The translations under genes were made by a program, and so were the position numbers. From Cycloclasticus sp. (GTDB taxonomy: Bacteria; Pseudomonadota; Gammaproteobacteria; Methylococcales; Cycloclasticaceae), in the NCBI GenBank assembly GCA_047634535.1, contig JBLIAQ010000001.1, forward strand, positions 1 through 43,620: a stretch of DNA of 43,620 nt, written 5' to 3'. Under the pieces are notes generated by a model, which saw only the letters and a program-made list of their open reading frames with translations, did not search any database and was not told the DNA's origin. Of this stretch, positions 17,274 through 26,970 are shown piece by piece (positions within the stretch are counted from its first letter, which is position 1; every line of letters begins with the position of its first letter).

Positions 17274-19133
17274 TTATATGGTGATTAATTTCTCAATATC
17301 GATGGGTTTATTCATTAAGCCATTTATTGAAACGTGCGTGTCTGTCAATAACTCTACAGCTGGCACACCTACTAAGTAGCCCTGAATATAATCGACACCA
17401 AATTCTTTTAATAACCTCAGTATTTCAGCATTCGACACGTATTCTGCTATCGCCTTTTTACCAAGGCTATGCGCCACGTCTATCATTGATTTAACGAGCA
17501 CCTGATCTGCTTGATCAACGGCAAGGTTATTAATAAATTGACCATCAATTTTCAAGTAATCAACGGGAAAGTTTTTAATATAATTAAAAGAACTAAAACC
17601 AGCGCCAAAATCGTCCAACGCAAAGCGGCAGCCTAAGGCTCTAATTTTAGAAACCATTAAACGCGTTTTTTCAAAATTGGTAACGGCGGCGGTTTCTGTT
17701 ATTTCAAACGTTAGTCGTGATGGTGAGATCCACGTTGCCTCCAGTTTCTTCTTTAGCACTGGTAATAAATAATCGCCCTGAAGGGCGTGACTAGATAAAT
17801 TGACCGTAAAACAAATATCTTCTTTAGATTTTGGTAGCGCAGCAATGTAATCGATGATGTGTGACACAACCCATAAATCTATATGGTGGATAAGCCCCAT
17901 CCGTTCAGCGACCGAAATAAAATGTTCTGGGCTTAATAATTCATTACCCTCACCGACCATACGTAACAATGTTTCATAGTGAGAAACACGTCCGTCAGAC
18001 ATTTTCACGACGGGTTGAAACACTAATTGGAACAAATCTTCGCTTAATGCCCGACGAATCTGTGGTACCCATTTAGCGTCGTCTCTCAAAGTGATAAGGT
18101 GCTCGTCATCTCCTTCAAATAAACTCACCCTATTCCTGCCTAAAGTCTTAGCGCTATAACACGCGTGATGTGCCTTAGACATCAGCTCACTTGGTCGTCT
18201 TATTTTTTCAAGCGGAGCCAAAAGAGCCACACCAATACTAGCAGAAATATTGTAGGTATTATCACCTGATTTAAAGTCAAACTCATCAATGGTCATGCGC
18301 AACTGCTCGGCAATATCAAGCGCTTTGTCTTTTTGCACTTTACTGAGCAATACCTGGAATAAATTTGAACCCACGCGTGAAATAAACGCATTATTATCCA
18401 GTGTGGATCGGATAAGTACAGCCATTTCAACTAGCAAACGGTCACCGACTTCATGTCCTTCAATATCATTAACCACTTTGAATTGATCTAGGTCGATATC
18501 CAGCAAGGCTCCGTGTTGTTTAAAGTTATTACAGCGTAAAATGGCAAAATCCAAGGCTTTTTCAAGACCGCTTCTATTAGATAGACCCGTCAGCTCATCG
18601 TGCGCTACTAAATATTGTAGTCGCGCCTCCATAATGCGTCTTTCTGACAATTCACTGACTAGCTTCTCTTCATGAGCTATTCGTTCATCGCGTTCATTTT
18701 TCAATGCTAACGCCAGACTAATCAAGGGAATAATCTCGCCGTCTTTACTTGGGTAATGGATAATGGTTGCTGCATTAGCTTCGTGACATCTGCCTACCAA
18801 CTCATCGTCCAGCGTTATCGTTTTGTCCGCTAAAAACAACAGGGGAATAGCATCGTGCCCATCTAGGGTAGTGAGCAGTTGGCTAAATTTTAGTGTGTCA
18901 CTTTGTGGTAATTGATAATCTAAAAGGATAACGCCTATCTCATCAATTTTTCCCTGAAATGGACGAATGACTTCGAATACCTGTTCTTGATCCGCAGCAC
19001 AAATTAATTTTCTATAGCCAGCCTTAGATAATATATTTTGCAGCACAGCTAAGCGCTCTTTATCGTGCTCAATGATTAGGATGTTTTTTTCTTTTAATCT
19101 ATCCAGCTGATTCATTTTAACTATCTCTTCCAT
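17274..19133 (-). CDS. Atypical REC - degenerate GGDEF - EAL protein (probable c-di-GMP phosphodiesterase)
   Basis: N-terminal receiver-like domain; GGDEF replaced by GSNLF; ETLLRM, FEITE, DDFGAGFSS, KIDG and QGY motifs. Start may be 19115. Confidence 0.9.
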   Translation of the reverse strand: MEEIVKMNQLDRLKEKNILIIEHDKERLAVLQNILSKAGYRKLICAADQEQVFEVIRPFQGKIDEIGVILLDYQLPQSDTLKFSQLLTTLDGHDAIPLLFLADKTITLDDELVGRCHEANAATIIHYPSKDGEIIPLISLALALKNERDERIAHEEKLVSELSERRIMEARLQYLVAHDELTGLSNRSGLEKALDFAILRCNNFKQHGALLDIDLDQFKVVNDIEGHEVGDRLLVEMAVLIRSTLDNNAFISRVGSNLFQVLLSKVQKDKALDIAEQLRMTIDEFDFKSGDNTYNISASIGVALLAPLEKIRRPSELMSKAHHACYSAKTLGRNRVSLFEGDDEHLITLRDDAKWVPQIRRALSEDLFQLVFQPVVKMSDGRVSHYETLLRMVGEGNELLSPEHFISVAERMGLIHHIDLWVVSHIIDYIAALPKSKEDICFTVNLSSHALQGDYLLPVLKKKLEATWISPSRLTFEITETAAVTNFEKTRLMVSKIRALGCRFALDDFGAGFSSFNYIKNFPVDYLKIDGQFINNLAVDQADQVLVKSMIDVAHSLGKKAIAEYVSNAEILRLLKEFGVDYIQGYLVGVPAVELLTDTHVSINGLMNKPIDIEKLITI

Positions 19134-19412
19134 TTACCGTCTGAGTTTTATTTCAGACTTGAGTTCGATTTATTTCTCGAATCGTATAAATAATTCTCTT
19201 TGCTATCAATCACTTTAAGCCTGTACTTAATACAATGTCAACAATAATTTATAATGGATTGAAATTACTGTTAACAAACCCCTTGTATATTCACCGATGC
19301 TGATAATAATTACATCTCAAAAAAATTTATATAAACTATTAAAAGCTTAGTTTATTTGGCTTTTTTTGCCAGGCGGTCTAATAATTTTATTATTTTCTGC
19401 TAGGGTTATGTC

Positions 19413-20282
19413 ATGACAGGCTCAGCTGCAAATATTTTAACTCTCAAAGACTTTTTAACCGGAGACATAGACCTGTGCTCCGCGCCAGAGGTTTTTATGC
19501 GCGTAACGAAAACGCTTGACGACGATACAAAAAATGCCAACGACCTTGCAAAAATTATTCAGCAGGATCCATCGTTATCCGCACGCATGCTGAGGATAGT
19601 CAATTCAGCTTTTTTTGGCTTCCCGGCTATGGTTAAATCTATAGATCAGGCTATTACGATTTTAGGCAACCGCGAAATTCGTTTACTGGTTATGACGACC
19701 AGCGTGGTTGAAAAATTCTCTAACATGCCAAACTCAATACTCAATATGCGCGAATTCTGGTCGCATAGTTTAAGGGTCGCTTTGTTTGCCAAATTCCTTG
19801 CCGAGAGACATCCCAAAAAACGACAACTCTCTTCCGTCTTTATCAGTGCGTTACTACATGATATTGGTCGGTTGATTTTATATACAAAAGCACCAGACCT
19901 GGCCCGCGCGGCTGCATTGCTCACCAGGGCTAATCAAGTCGGCGAGCTTGATGCGGAAATATCTACCTTCGGTTTTAGTCACGCTGATATTGGTGGTGCC
20001 TTGTTAGAAATGTGGAAAATACCCGAGTCCATTCAAAACGCAGCGTATTTTCACCATCAGCCTGAACGTGCGACCAGCCACCAGGATGAAACCATGATCG
20101 TTTATCTGGCTAATAAGCTCGCACACGCTGACGCCTCATCTGAAGAAAGTATTTTTGAAAACGTGTCGCCTGAAGATCGCGTGTGGATGCATCTGGACCT
20201 GCCGTACAGTGTTATTACACCCGTGGCAGCCGAGGTAGAAGAACAATTCGCTCAAACGTATTCGCTATTTTTTAGCCACTAG
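19413..20282 (+). CDS. HDOD domain protein
   Basis: DPSLSARMLRIVNSAFFG, FWSHS, ALLHDIG, HADIGGALLEMWKIP and HH motifs. Confidence 0.92.
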   Translation: MTGSAANILTLKDFLTGDIDLCSAPEVFMRVTKTLDDDTKNANDLAKIIQQDPSLSARMLRIVNSAFFGFPAMVKSIDQAITILGNREIRLLVMTTSVVEKFSNMPNSILNMREFWSHSLRVALFAKFLAERHPKKRQLSSVFISALLHDIGRLILYTKAPDLARAAALLTRANQVGELDAEISTFGFSHADIGGALLEMWKIPESIQNAAYFHHQPERATSHQDETMIVYLANKLAHADASSEESIFENVSPEDRVWMHLDLPYSVITPVAAEVEEQFAQTYSLFFSH

Positions 20283-21058
20283 CAAAGACTGGTAAATTGT
20301 TTTTTCCCTAGATGAAAAACGCTGAACTCCCCCGCGGCCATTTTCGTCCATTGTTCGTTTGACGTTAACGGCTCAGTCGCTATCACCGTGACCACATCGG
20401 TATCAGAGGTTTCTTTTTTAAAATCAACACTCATATCAGCATCTAACAATTGCGCTTCTTCGAAAGGCGCCTGCCGCGTTAACCAGGAAAGTTTGGTATT
20501 ACAGTGGCTATATAAGTGACTCGCATCACCCATCAATACATTAAAAACACCGTGTTTTGCCAGCTGACGAAACAAACCTTCTATGCTTCGTCTAATTTTA
20601 ACGTTACTATTTGGTTTAACGGGGAAAGCTTCTCGCAGTTGTCCCAGTATCCAGCAAAAAGCGTACTCACTGTCGGTCGTACCGACGGGTAAAAAACTAC
20701 TCAATGCTTTTTTCTTTATCCCTTTCAATTGTCCATTATGCGCAAAAGACCATACTTGCCCCCAAAGCTCTCGCGAGAAAGGGTGCGTGTTTTCCAAACA
20801 TACACGGCCACGGTTTGCTTTTCTGATATGACAGATCACTTGCGTGCTTTTTATCGAATATTGCTGAATGAATTTTGCCACTTCGGAGTTTGCGCTCGCT
20901 ACCGGGTCATGAAATGATCGGTAACCTTTACCTTCGTAAAAGGCGATACCCCAGCCGTCCTGGTGCGTCCCTGTTTCACCGCCTCTTTTCACCAAACCAC
21001 TAAAACTAAAACAGATATCCGTCGGTACGTTGGCGCTCATCCCCAGCAATTCACACAT
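20279..21058 (-). CDS. yafJ: Class II glutamine amidotransferase YafJ-like
   Basis: N-terminal MCELLGMS, HQDGWGIAFY, NTHPF, FAHNG and GTTDSE motifs. Confidence 0.92.
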   Translation of the reverse strand: MCELLGMSANVPTDICFSFSGLVKRGGETGTHQDGWGIAFYEGKGYRSFHDPVASANSEVAKFIQQYSIKSTQVICHIRKANRGRVCLENTHPFSRELWGQVWSFAHNGQLKGIKKKALSSFLPVGTTDSEYAFCWILGQLREAFPVKPNSNVKIRRSIEGLFRQLAKHGVFNVLMGDASHLYSHCNTKLSWLTRQAPFEEAQLLDADMSVDFKKETSDTDVVTVIATEPLTSNEQWTKMAAGEFSVFHLGKKQFTSLC

Positions 21059-21067
21059 TATAGTGAG

Positions 21068-21340
21068 TTATAACTCTTCGATGACGGTTCGTTCTATGGG
21101 AGTTTGTACATATTTCTTTTTTCCAGCCTCTTTAACCCAAAAATAGTAATAACCCTTTTGTGGGTCTGAGGTGACTTTACCGTCCTTCACTAGCCATTCT
21201 TTTTTATGGCTACCTTCAAAAAAAGTAACCTTATAGTCACCTTCTAACCAACTCACGCCTAATCGAGAAATTCTATTTTGCTGCTCTTCTGAACAGCCAC
21301 TGCTGAGCAGAAGGACTGCCATTAATGCTATATATTTCAT
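21068..21340 (-). CDS. Small hypothetical lipoprotein (90 aa)
   Basis: Signal peptide with lipobox LSSG-C; ATGA overlap with the upstream gene. Confidence 0.75.
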   Translation of the reverse strand: MKYIALMAVLLLSSGCSEEQQNRISRLGVSWLEGDYKVTFFEGSHKKEWLVKDGKVTSDPQKGYYYFWVKEAGKKKYVQTPIERTVIEEL

Positions 21341-21537
21341 TTTTTCTCAATTTTCCTCATCACAATAAAAACCATAACAAATGCACCTGCAACCGCACTC
21401 ATCCAGACGTCTGATTTTTGCAGATCAAACAAACTCCCAATGCCTGCACCAATAGCCGCGCCAATGCCACTAAACGCCAGGCTTCGCATCATTCTACATA
21501 AAGGGCAGTCCGACCCCGAACCAAAAAATTTTGACAT
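21337..21537 (-). CDS. Small membrane protein with a CxxC motif (66 aa)
   Basis: CPLC followed by two hydrophobic Gly-rich helices. Start overlaps the hemH stop (TAATG) with an AAGGAGG SD. Confidence 0.72.
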   Translation of the reverse strand: MSKFFGSGSDCPLCRMMRSLAFSGIGAAIGAGIGSLFDLQKSDVWMSAVAGAFVMVFIVMRKIEKK

Positions 21538-22541
21538 TAAAACACCTCCTTAATGACCTCAGAATCGGTATTATCATTTTCAACTAATAATGAAAAAAGA
21601 GCATCGATATGACTATCATTATCATTTAAGGCGGCAATGTAACGATAGCTTTCACCACCCGCCGCTAGAAATACGTCTCTATTTTGTAATGCAATTTCTT
21701 CCAGCGTTTCTAAACAGTCAGCCGAAAAACCTGGACAGATCACGTCGATACGCCGAATTCCTTCATTCGGTAGCGCCTGAAGAACATCCAAACAATACGG
21801 TTGAATCCATTTGGCTTTACCAAACCGCGATTGAAAAACCAGTCGCCACTGCGAGGTATCCAGGCCCAGTTTATTGGCTAATAATTCAGCCGTTTTAGTG
21901 CAATGCGATAAGTACGGATCGCCTTGTTTAATCGTCCTTACTGGAACCCCGTGAAAAGACATCAATAAGCATTCTGCCTGTCCGTTATTGGCCCAATGTT
22001 TTTTAACACTTTCTGCCAGAGTATTGATGTAGGCCGCGTTATCGTGGTAATCCATAATAGTTTTACTGCGGGGGGCGTTTTTCCATTCTTTAAGCGCCTG
22101 CTGGAACGCGTGCCATGCCGTTCCCGTACTAGAGGTTGCAAATTGCGGGTAAAGCGGCAGCAAAATAATATCATCAGGCGCCCTACTTTTCATCTCTTCT
22201 ATTACAGAGGCAATGGAAGGCGAGCCGTAGCGCATGCCAAGAAAAAACTCGTACCTGCCTTTTTCTTTTATATTCGCTAAGGCCTGCAGCTTGTGCTTGA
22301 TACGTTTTGAAAAAACCATCAAAGGCGAGCCCTCTTCGGTCCAAACTTTTTGATACGCTTCGGCGGATTGCGCAGGTCGTGTACGCAATACGGCCCAATT
22401 GAGTATAAACCACCAAATAAAACGAGGGATTTGCACCACGCGCGGATCCCATAAAAATTCTTTAAGGTACGCCCTGACAGCTTCTTCTGTTGGTGCTTCA
22501 GGTGTTCCCAAATTAACTAATAGTACCGCTGTTTTTTTCAT
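21537..22541 (-). CDS. hemH: Ferrochelatase
   Basis: VLLVNLGTP, MRYGSP, LPLYPQF, SFHG, FQSRFG and GFSADCLETLEEI motifs. Confidence 0.97.
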   Translation of the reverse strand: MKKTAVLLVNLGTPEAPTEEAVRAYLKEFLWDPRVVQIPRFIWWFILNWAVLRTRPAQSAEAYQKVWTEEGSPLMVFSKRIKHKLQALANIKEKGRYEFFLGMRYGSPSIASVIEEMKSRAPDDIILLPLYPQFATSSTGTAWHAFQQALKEWKNAPRSKTIMDYHDNAAYINTLAESVKKHWANNGQAECLLMSFHGVPVRTIKQGDPYLSHCTKTAELLANKLGLDTSQWRLVFQSRFGKAKWIQPYCLDVLQALPNEGIRRIDVICPGFSADCLETLEEIALQNRDVFLAAGGESYRYIAALNDNDSHIDALFSLLVENDNTDSEVIKEVF

Positions 22542-22560
22542 TTCAAATGATTTTTAACGT

Positions 22561-23109
22561 TTATTGACCCATCTTAAGCAAGCTTAAAAACTCCGCTCTG
22601 GTTTCGGAGTTTTTGCGGAATTGTCCAAGCATACTGGACGTCGTCATTTGTGAGTTTTGTTTTTCCACACCTCGCATCATCATACATAAATGCTGGGCCT
22701 CTACTACCACCGCCACCCCTTTTGCACCCGTGACCTGAAGAATAGAATCGGCTATTTGTGTCGTAAGTTGTTCCTGAATTTGCAAACGGCGCGCATACAT
22801 ATCAACGATTCGTGCGACCTTTGATAAACCCAGCACTTTTCCATTTGGCAGGTAAGCGACGTGGCACTTGCCAATAAACGGCAATAAATGGTGTTCGCAC
22901 ATTGAGTACAACTCAATATTTTTAACGATCACCATATCATCCGCATCAGAGTCAAAAATGGCGCCATTGACGATGCCATCAAGGTTTTTCTGATACCCAC
23001 TGGTTAAGAAAGACATCGCTTTAGCCGCACGCTTAGGCGTATCAACCAGGCCCTGGCGATCGACGTCTTCACCAATGTCAGAAATTATTTGTTTGTACAG
23101 TTTTTCCAT
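22561..23109 (-). CDS. folE: GTP cyclohydrolase I
   Basis: [30 protein letters not shown] and HLCMMMRGV motifs. Confidence 0.97.
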   Translation of the reverse strand: MEKLYKQIISDIGEDVDRQGLVDTPKRAAKAMSFLTSGYQKNLDGIVNGAIFDSDADDMVIVKNIELYSMCEHHLLPFIGKCHVAYLPNGKVLGLSKVARIVDMYARRLQIQEQLTTQIADSILQVTGAKGVAVVVEAQHLCMMMRGVEKQNSQMTTSSMLGQFRKNSETRAEFLSLLKMGQ

Positions 23110-23168
23110 GTTCGTAACAGGCTTAAAATAAAGTTTAAGAAGTATACCGTTATATTAATTCATATCCG

Positions 23169-24140
23169 TTAAATAATTGCCTCATGCGGCTTCATTGCCT
23201 CTAGCGCCGCCAACAAAACTTTTGGCCCTGCATTTTTATGTCGCGCATTTTCGCTTAAATACCGCCGCCAATATTTACCGCCCGGCTGGGCTGCAAAAAG
23301 TCCCAATATATGTCGGGTAATGCTCTGCAGGGCAACACCCTGAATTAGTTGCGCTTCAATATAGGGTAAAAACTTATCCAACACCTGGGCCCTTTGCTGC
23401 AAAGGGCTTTGAAATAACTCGTGTTCAACGTCAACTAAAAAGAAAGGATTATGGTAAGCCTCTCGACCAATCATCACCCCATCGACGCTTTGCCAATGCC
23501 GCTGAATATCCGATACCGTTTTAATGCCGCCATTAACGACAACCGTAAGTTGTGGAAACTCTCTTTTTACCAGATAGGCCCGATCGTAATTTAATGGCGG
23601 TATTGTCCTGTTCTCTTTTGGTGAAAGGCCATTTAAAATGGCTTTGCGTGCATGAATAATAAACGTATCGCAACCCGCTTTAGCGACCCTTTCAACAAAG
23701 TTCAATAAAAACTCTGGCGAATCAAAATCATCAATACCGATACGCGTCTTGACGGTGACAGGAATAGCCACCCGATCGCGCATTTCTGACACACACTGCG
23801 CCACTATCGACGCCTCTGCCATCAAACAGGCCCCAATGCGTCCATTTTGCACGCGATCACTCGGGCAACCTACGTTAATATTCACTTCCTGATAACCAGC
23901 TTCTTCAGCCAATTTAGCGCATTGCGCCATATCTAAAGGTTCACTGCCCCCCAATTGCAGAGCCAGTGGTTGTTCACAGCCATCGAACGCTAGAAATCGC
24001 TCTTTGTCACCGTATAGCAACGCGCCAGTCGTCACCATCTCTGTGTACAACAAGGCGTTGGGAGATAGGAGCCGATGAAAATATCGACAGTGTCGATTTG
24101 TCCAATCCATCATCGGCGCTACGGATAATTTTCTATTCAT
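23169..24140 (-). CDS. dusA: tRNA-dihydrouridine(20/20a) synthase
   Basis: SVAPMMDWTNRHCR, NINVGCPSDRVQ, HARKAILNGLSPKENR and GVMIGREAY motifs. Confidence 0.96.
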   Translation of the reverse strand: MNRKLSVAPMMDWTNRHCRYFHRLLSPNALLYTEMVTTGALLYGDKERFLAFDGCEQPLALQLGGSEPLDMAQCAKLAEEAGYQEVNINVGCPSDRVQNGRIGACLMAEASIVAQCVSEMRDRVAIPVTVKTRIGIDDFDSPEFLLNFVERVAKAGCDTFIIHARKAILNGLSPKENRTIPPLNYDRAYLVKREFPQLTVVVNGGIKTVSDIQRHWQSVDGVMIGREAYHNPFFLVDVEHELFQSPLQQRAQVLDKFLPYIEAQLIQGVALQSITRHILGLFAAQPGGKYWRRYLSENARHKNAGPKVLLAALEAMKPHEAII

Positions 24141-24209
24141 GGAAAATTCAGCTAAAATGAGAAATCACACCCAGCTCTAAATGGATTTGTTGGCTTGAAA
24201 AAATAAAAA

Positions 24210-25826
24210 ATGCCTCGCTCTTTTAAAAATCTGAGTAGTAAGCGATACATTATCGCACTTCTTTTTCTCTGTTTATACACGGGGTGGGCACTCTATTACG
24301 CAAGTAATAAAGCAAATGAACTGTATAAACAATCGGAACTTGCTATTCTGGCTATTCAGGAAAAAAGCAATCTTATCTATAAAATATCCCAAATTGTTCA
24401 AAATCGCAGCATAATTTTACTAAAAATGCTCAATGAGCGCGATGATTTTATAAGGGATTCTTTATACCAACAGTTGTTTCATGAGGCGTTTGAGTTCAGA
24501 AAATATCGAGATGAGCTTAAAAACTATTCTTTAACAGAGCAACAAAATAACGCCTTTAAAGACTTGCTTGAACTCACTGCTAAGAATGCTGAAACTCAAA
24601 TGCTGGTGGCCTCTCAATTGTTAGGTGAACAAACCACAGAAGCAGCAAAAGAATTATTCAATTCTGCAATACCCAATCAAATACCCATTGCTATTGAAAT
24701 AAAAAGCCTTAGTGACCTGGTCGAAAAAGAAAAGAGCCACATCTTAACTGAGCTACGAAGTAAACTGGCTAAAAGTCAGATAAAAATTATAACACTAACT
24801 TCATTATTTAGTGTTTCAGCTATTTTCCTCCTATATACCTTAATCATCTGGCTTAGAAAAGGTGAACGTTTACTAACAAATAAAAAAGCTGTTAACGACA
24901 ATATTATCGACTCTGCATCAGATGCTATTGTGATGGTCAATGATAATGGCATCATTACGCTATTTAATCGCGCAGCCTCACTGTTATTTGGATACGAAGC
25001 TTCCGAGGTTATCAATAAACCCATTAAAACATTAATTTCTAGCGGTTTTGATGGACTCTTAACGCAATTAAATGATGGCTCACAGGAAAGCAAAGGTCTG
25101 TCATATGAAAATTTCGCCTGCCATAAAAACCTAGATAAAACGCCTATTCAAATCACCATCACGGATACGGGGATAACGGGCAATAATCGCTACAGCCTGT
25201 TTATTAGAGACATTACCCAAAGCAAAGAAAACGAACGTCAAATTGTAGAAAAAACGCTTGAGATTGAAAACGCTAAAGAAGAGTACAAACGATTAAGTGA
25301 GACTGATGCTCTGACCCAAATACCTAACCGCCGGTCGTATGATAGCCGTCTTGCCGATGAAATAAATACCGCCAAAAGATCAGGACAAAAACTGGCGTTA
25401 CTGCTTTTTGATATCGATTCATTCAAGCAATACAATGATTTTTATGGACATGATCTCGGGGATGTAACACTCAAGCGGATCGCCGAGACTATTTCATCGA
25501 CCCTGCCCCGAAGTACCGATTTTGTTGCGCGCTTTGGCGGGGAAGAGTTTGTCGTGTTATTGCCGTCTACCGACACGGCGGGAGCTTATGAGGTAGCCGA
25601 ACGAATCCGCATGAAAATCAATTCACTCGCCATACCACACGAGGTATCAAGCGTTGAGAGCGTGGTCACCGTCAGTGCTGGGCTTTCTTCTATGCGTGCT
25701 GAAGAGATGACCGGCGTCGATCTATTTAAGCAGGCTGATGAAGCACTTTATGTCGCCAAAGCAAGTGGCAAAAACAGAACAAAAGTATTCAAAGTAAACT
25801 CATCCAAACAGTTAAAAAGCGTTTAA
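24210..25826 (+). CDS. Membrane-bound sensor PAS-GGDEF diguanylate cyclase
   Basis: Two TM helices flanking a helical periplasmic domain; PAS domain (LFNRAASLLFGY...IRDIT); I-site RSTD; GGEEF. Confidence 0.92.
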   Translation: MPRSFKNLSSKRYIIALLFLCLYTGWALYYASNKANELYKQSELAILAIQEKSNLIYKISQIVQNRSIILLKMLNERDDFIRDSLYQQLFHEAFEFRKYRDELKNYSLTEQQNNAFKDLLELTAKNAETQMLVASQLLGEQTTEAAKELFNSAIPNQIPIAIEIKSLSDLVEKEKSHILTELRSKLAKSQIKIITLTSLFSVSAIFLLYTLIIWLRKGERLLTNKKAVNDNIIDSASDAIVMVNDNGIITLFNRAASLLFGYEASEVINKPIKTLISSGFDGLLTQLNDGSQESKGLSYENFACHKNLDKTPIQITITDTGITGNNRYSLFIRDITQSKENERQIVEKTLEIENAKEEYKRLSETDALTQIPNRRSYDSRLADEINTAKRSGQKLALLLFDIDSFKQYNDFYGHDLGDVTLKRIAETISSTLPRSTDFVARFGGEEFVVLLPSTDTAGAYEVAERIRMKINSLAIPHEVSSVESVVTVSAGLSSMRAEEMTGVDLFKQADEALYVAKASGKNRTKVFKVNSSKQLKSV

Positions 25827-26960
25827 CTAGCCGACTATAGCGAGTAACACACCCGCTGCTACGGCAGAACCAATCACACCTGCAACGTTTGGCCCCATCG
25901 CGTGCATCAACAAGAAATTGTGAGGATCAGCTTCTTGTCCTACTTTATTCACGACCCGAGCAGCCATCGGTACCGCAGATACGCCCGCCGCGCCAATTAA
26001 GGGGTTCACCTTACCGCCAGTTAGCTTATGCATCAGCTTGCCCATTAACACGCCTCCTGCGGTGCCCATTGAGAACGCGAGCATACCCAGCACTAAAATA
26101 CCAAGCGTTTCAGGCGTTAAGAATTTTTCCGCCGACAGTTTTGAGCCCACCGCCAAGCCAAGGAAAATAGTGACGATATTAATTAGCTCATTTTGTGCGG
26201 TAGAACTGAGTCGATCCACTACACCACTTTCACGTAATAAGTTACCGAAAGCTAACATACCAATCAGCGGTGCTGATGCGGGTAAGAACAAAATAACGAC
26301 CGTTAAAATTACTAACGGGAAAATTATGCGTTCTTTTTTACTCACGTGTCGCAAGTGTTTCATTTCCACCTTACGTTCACTTTCCGTGGTTAAGGCACGC
26401 ATAATGGGGGGTTGAATAATAGGTACCAGAGCCATGTAGGAATAAGCCGCTACGGCAATAGCACCCAATAAGTCTGGCGCTAACTTTGACGCCAGAAAAA
26501 TAGCGGTAGGCCCGTCTGCCCCGCCGATAATAGCAATTGCCGAAGCGTCCGCCAAGCTGAACTCCATACCGGGGATTAGGTTCATCGCTAAAGCGCCTAA
26601 CAGAGTCGCAAAAATCCCCACTTGAGCTGCTGCGCCAAGAACCAATAGACTCGGCATCGCAATAAGCGCGCCAAAATCAGTCAGCGCTCCGACACCCATA
26701 AAGATCAACAACGGAAACAAGCCCGTATCGACTCCCATATGGTACAAAATACCCAGCATACCATCGGGTCCACCGATACCAGCGACCGGAATATTGGCCA
26801 AAATACCACCAAAACCAATCGGCAGTAGCAATAATGGTTCGAAGTTTTTAGCTATCGCCAGATAAATTAACAACAGGCCAACGCCTATCATCAATACATT
26901 ACCCCACTCGAAATTAGCAATGCCGGTTGATTGCCAAATTTGCAGTACACCACTATCCAT
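25827..26960 (-). CDS. oadB: Na+-translocating oxaloacetate decarboxylase beta subunit
   Basis: [39 protein letters not shown] and [13 protein letters not shown] motifs. Confidence 0.96.
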   Translation of the reverse strand: MDSGVLQIWQSTGIANFEWGNVLMIGVGLLLIYLAIAKNFEPLLLLPIGFGGILANIPVAGIGGPDGMLGILYHMGVDTGLFPLLIFMGVGALTDFGALIAMPSLLVLGAAAQVGIFATLLGALAMNLIPGMEFSLADASAIAIIGGADGPTAIFLASKLAPDLLGAIAVAAYSYMALVPIIQPPIMRALTTESERKVEMKHLRHVSKKERIIFPLVILTVVILFLPASAPLIGMLAFGNLLRESGVVDRLSSTAQNELINIVTIFLGLAVGSKLSAEKFLTPETLGILVLGMLAFSMGTAGGVLMGKLMHKLTGGKVNPLIGAAGVSAVPMAARVVNKVGQEADPHNFLLMHAMGPNVAGVIGSAVAAGVLLAIVG

Positions 26961-26970
26961 TATCTAATTC

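Noticed and set aside
17261-17280. Palindrome CATATAAAA-AC-TTTTATATG at the PDE stop codon
   Set aside because: An almost all-AT stem without a U-tail; too weak to call a terminator and plausible by chance.
19134-19412. c-di-GMP riboswitch or sigma54/sigma28 promoter in the PDE-HDOD intergenic region
   Set aside because: No GEMM-type motif was recognised, TGGC-T7-GCCA has the wrong GG-GC spacing, and there is no convincing GCCGATAA.
24100-25830. Possible dusA-integrated genomic island
   Set aside because: The dusA 5' end is intact, with no integrase and no duplicated dusA fragment or att repeat seen.
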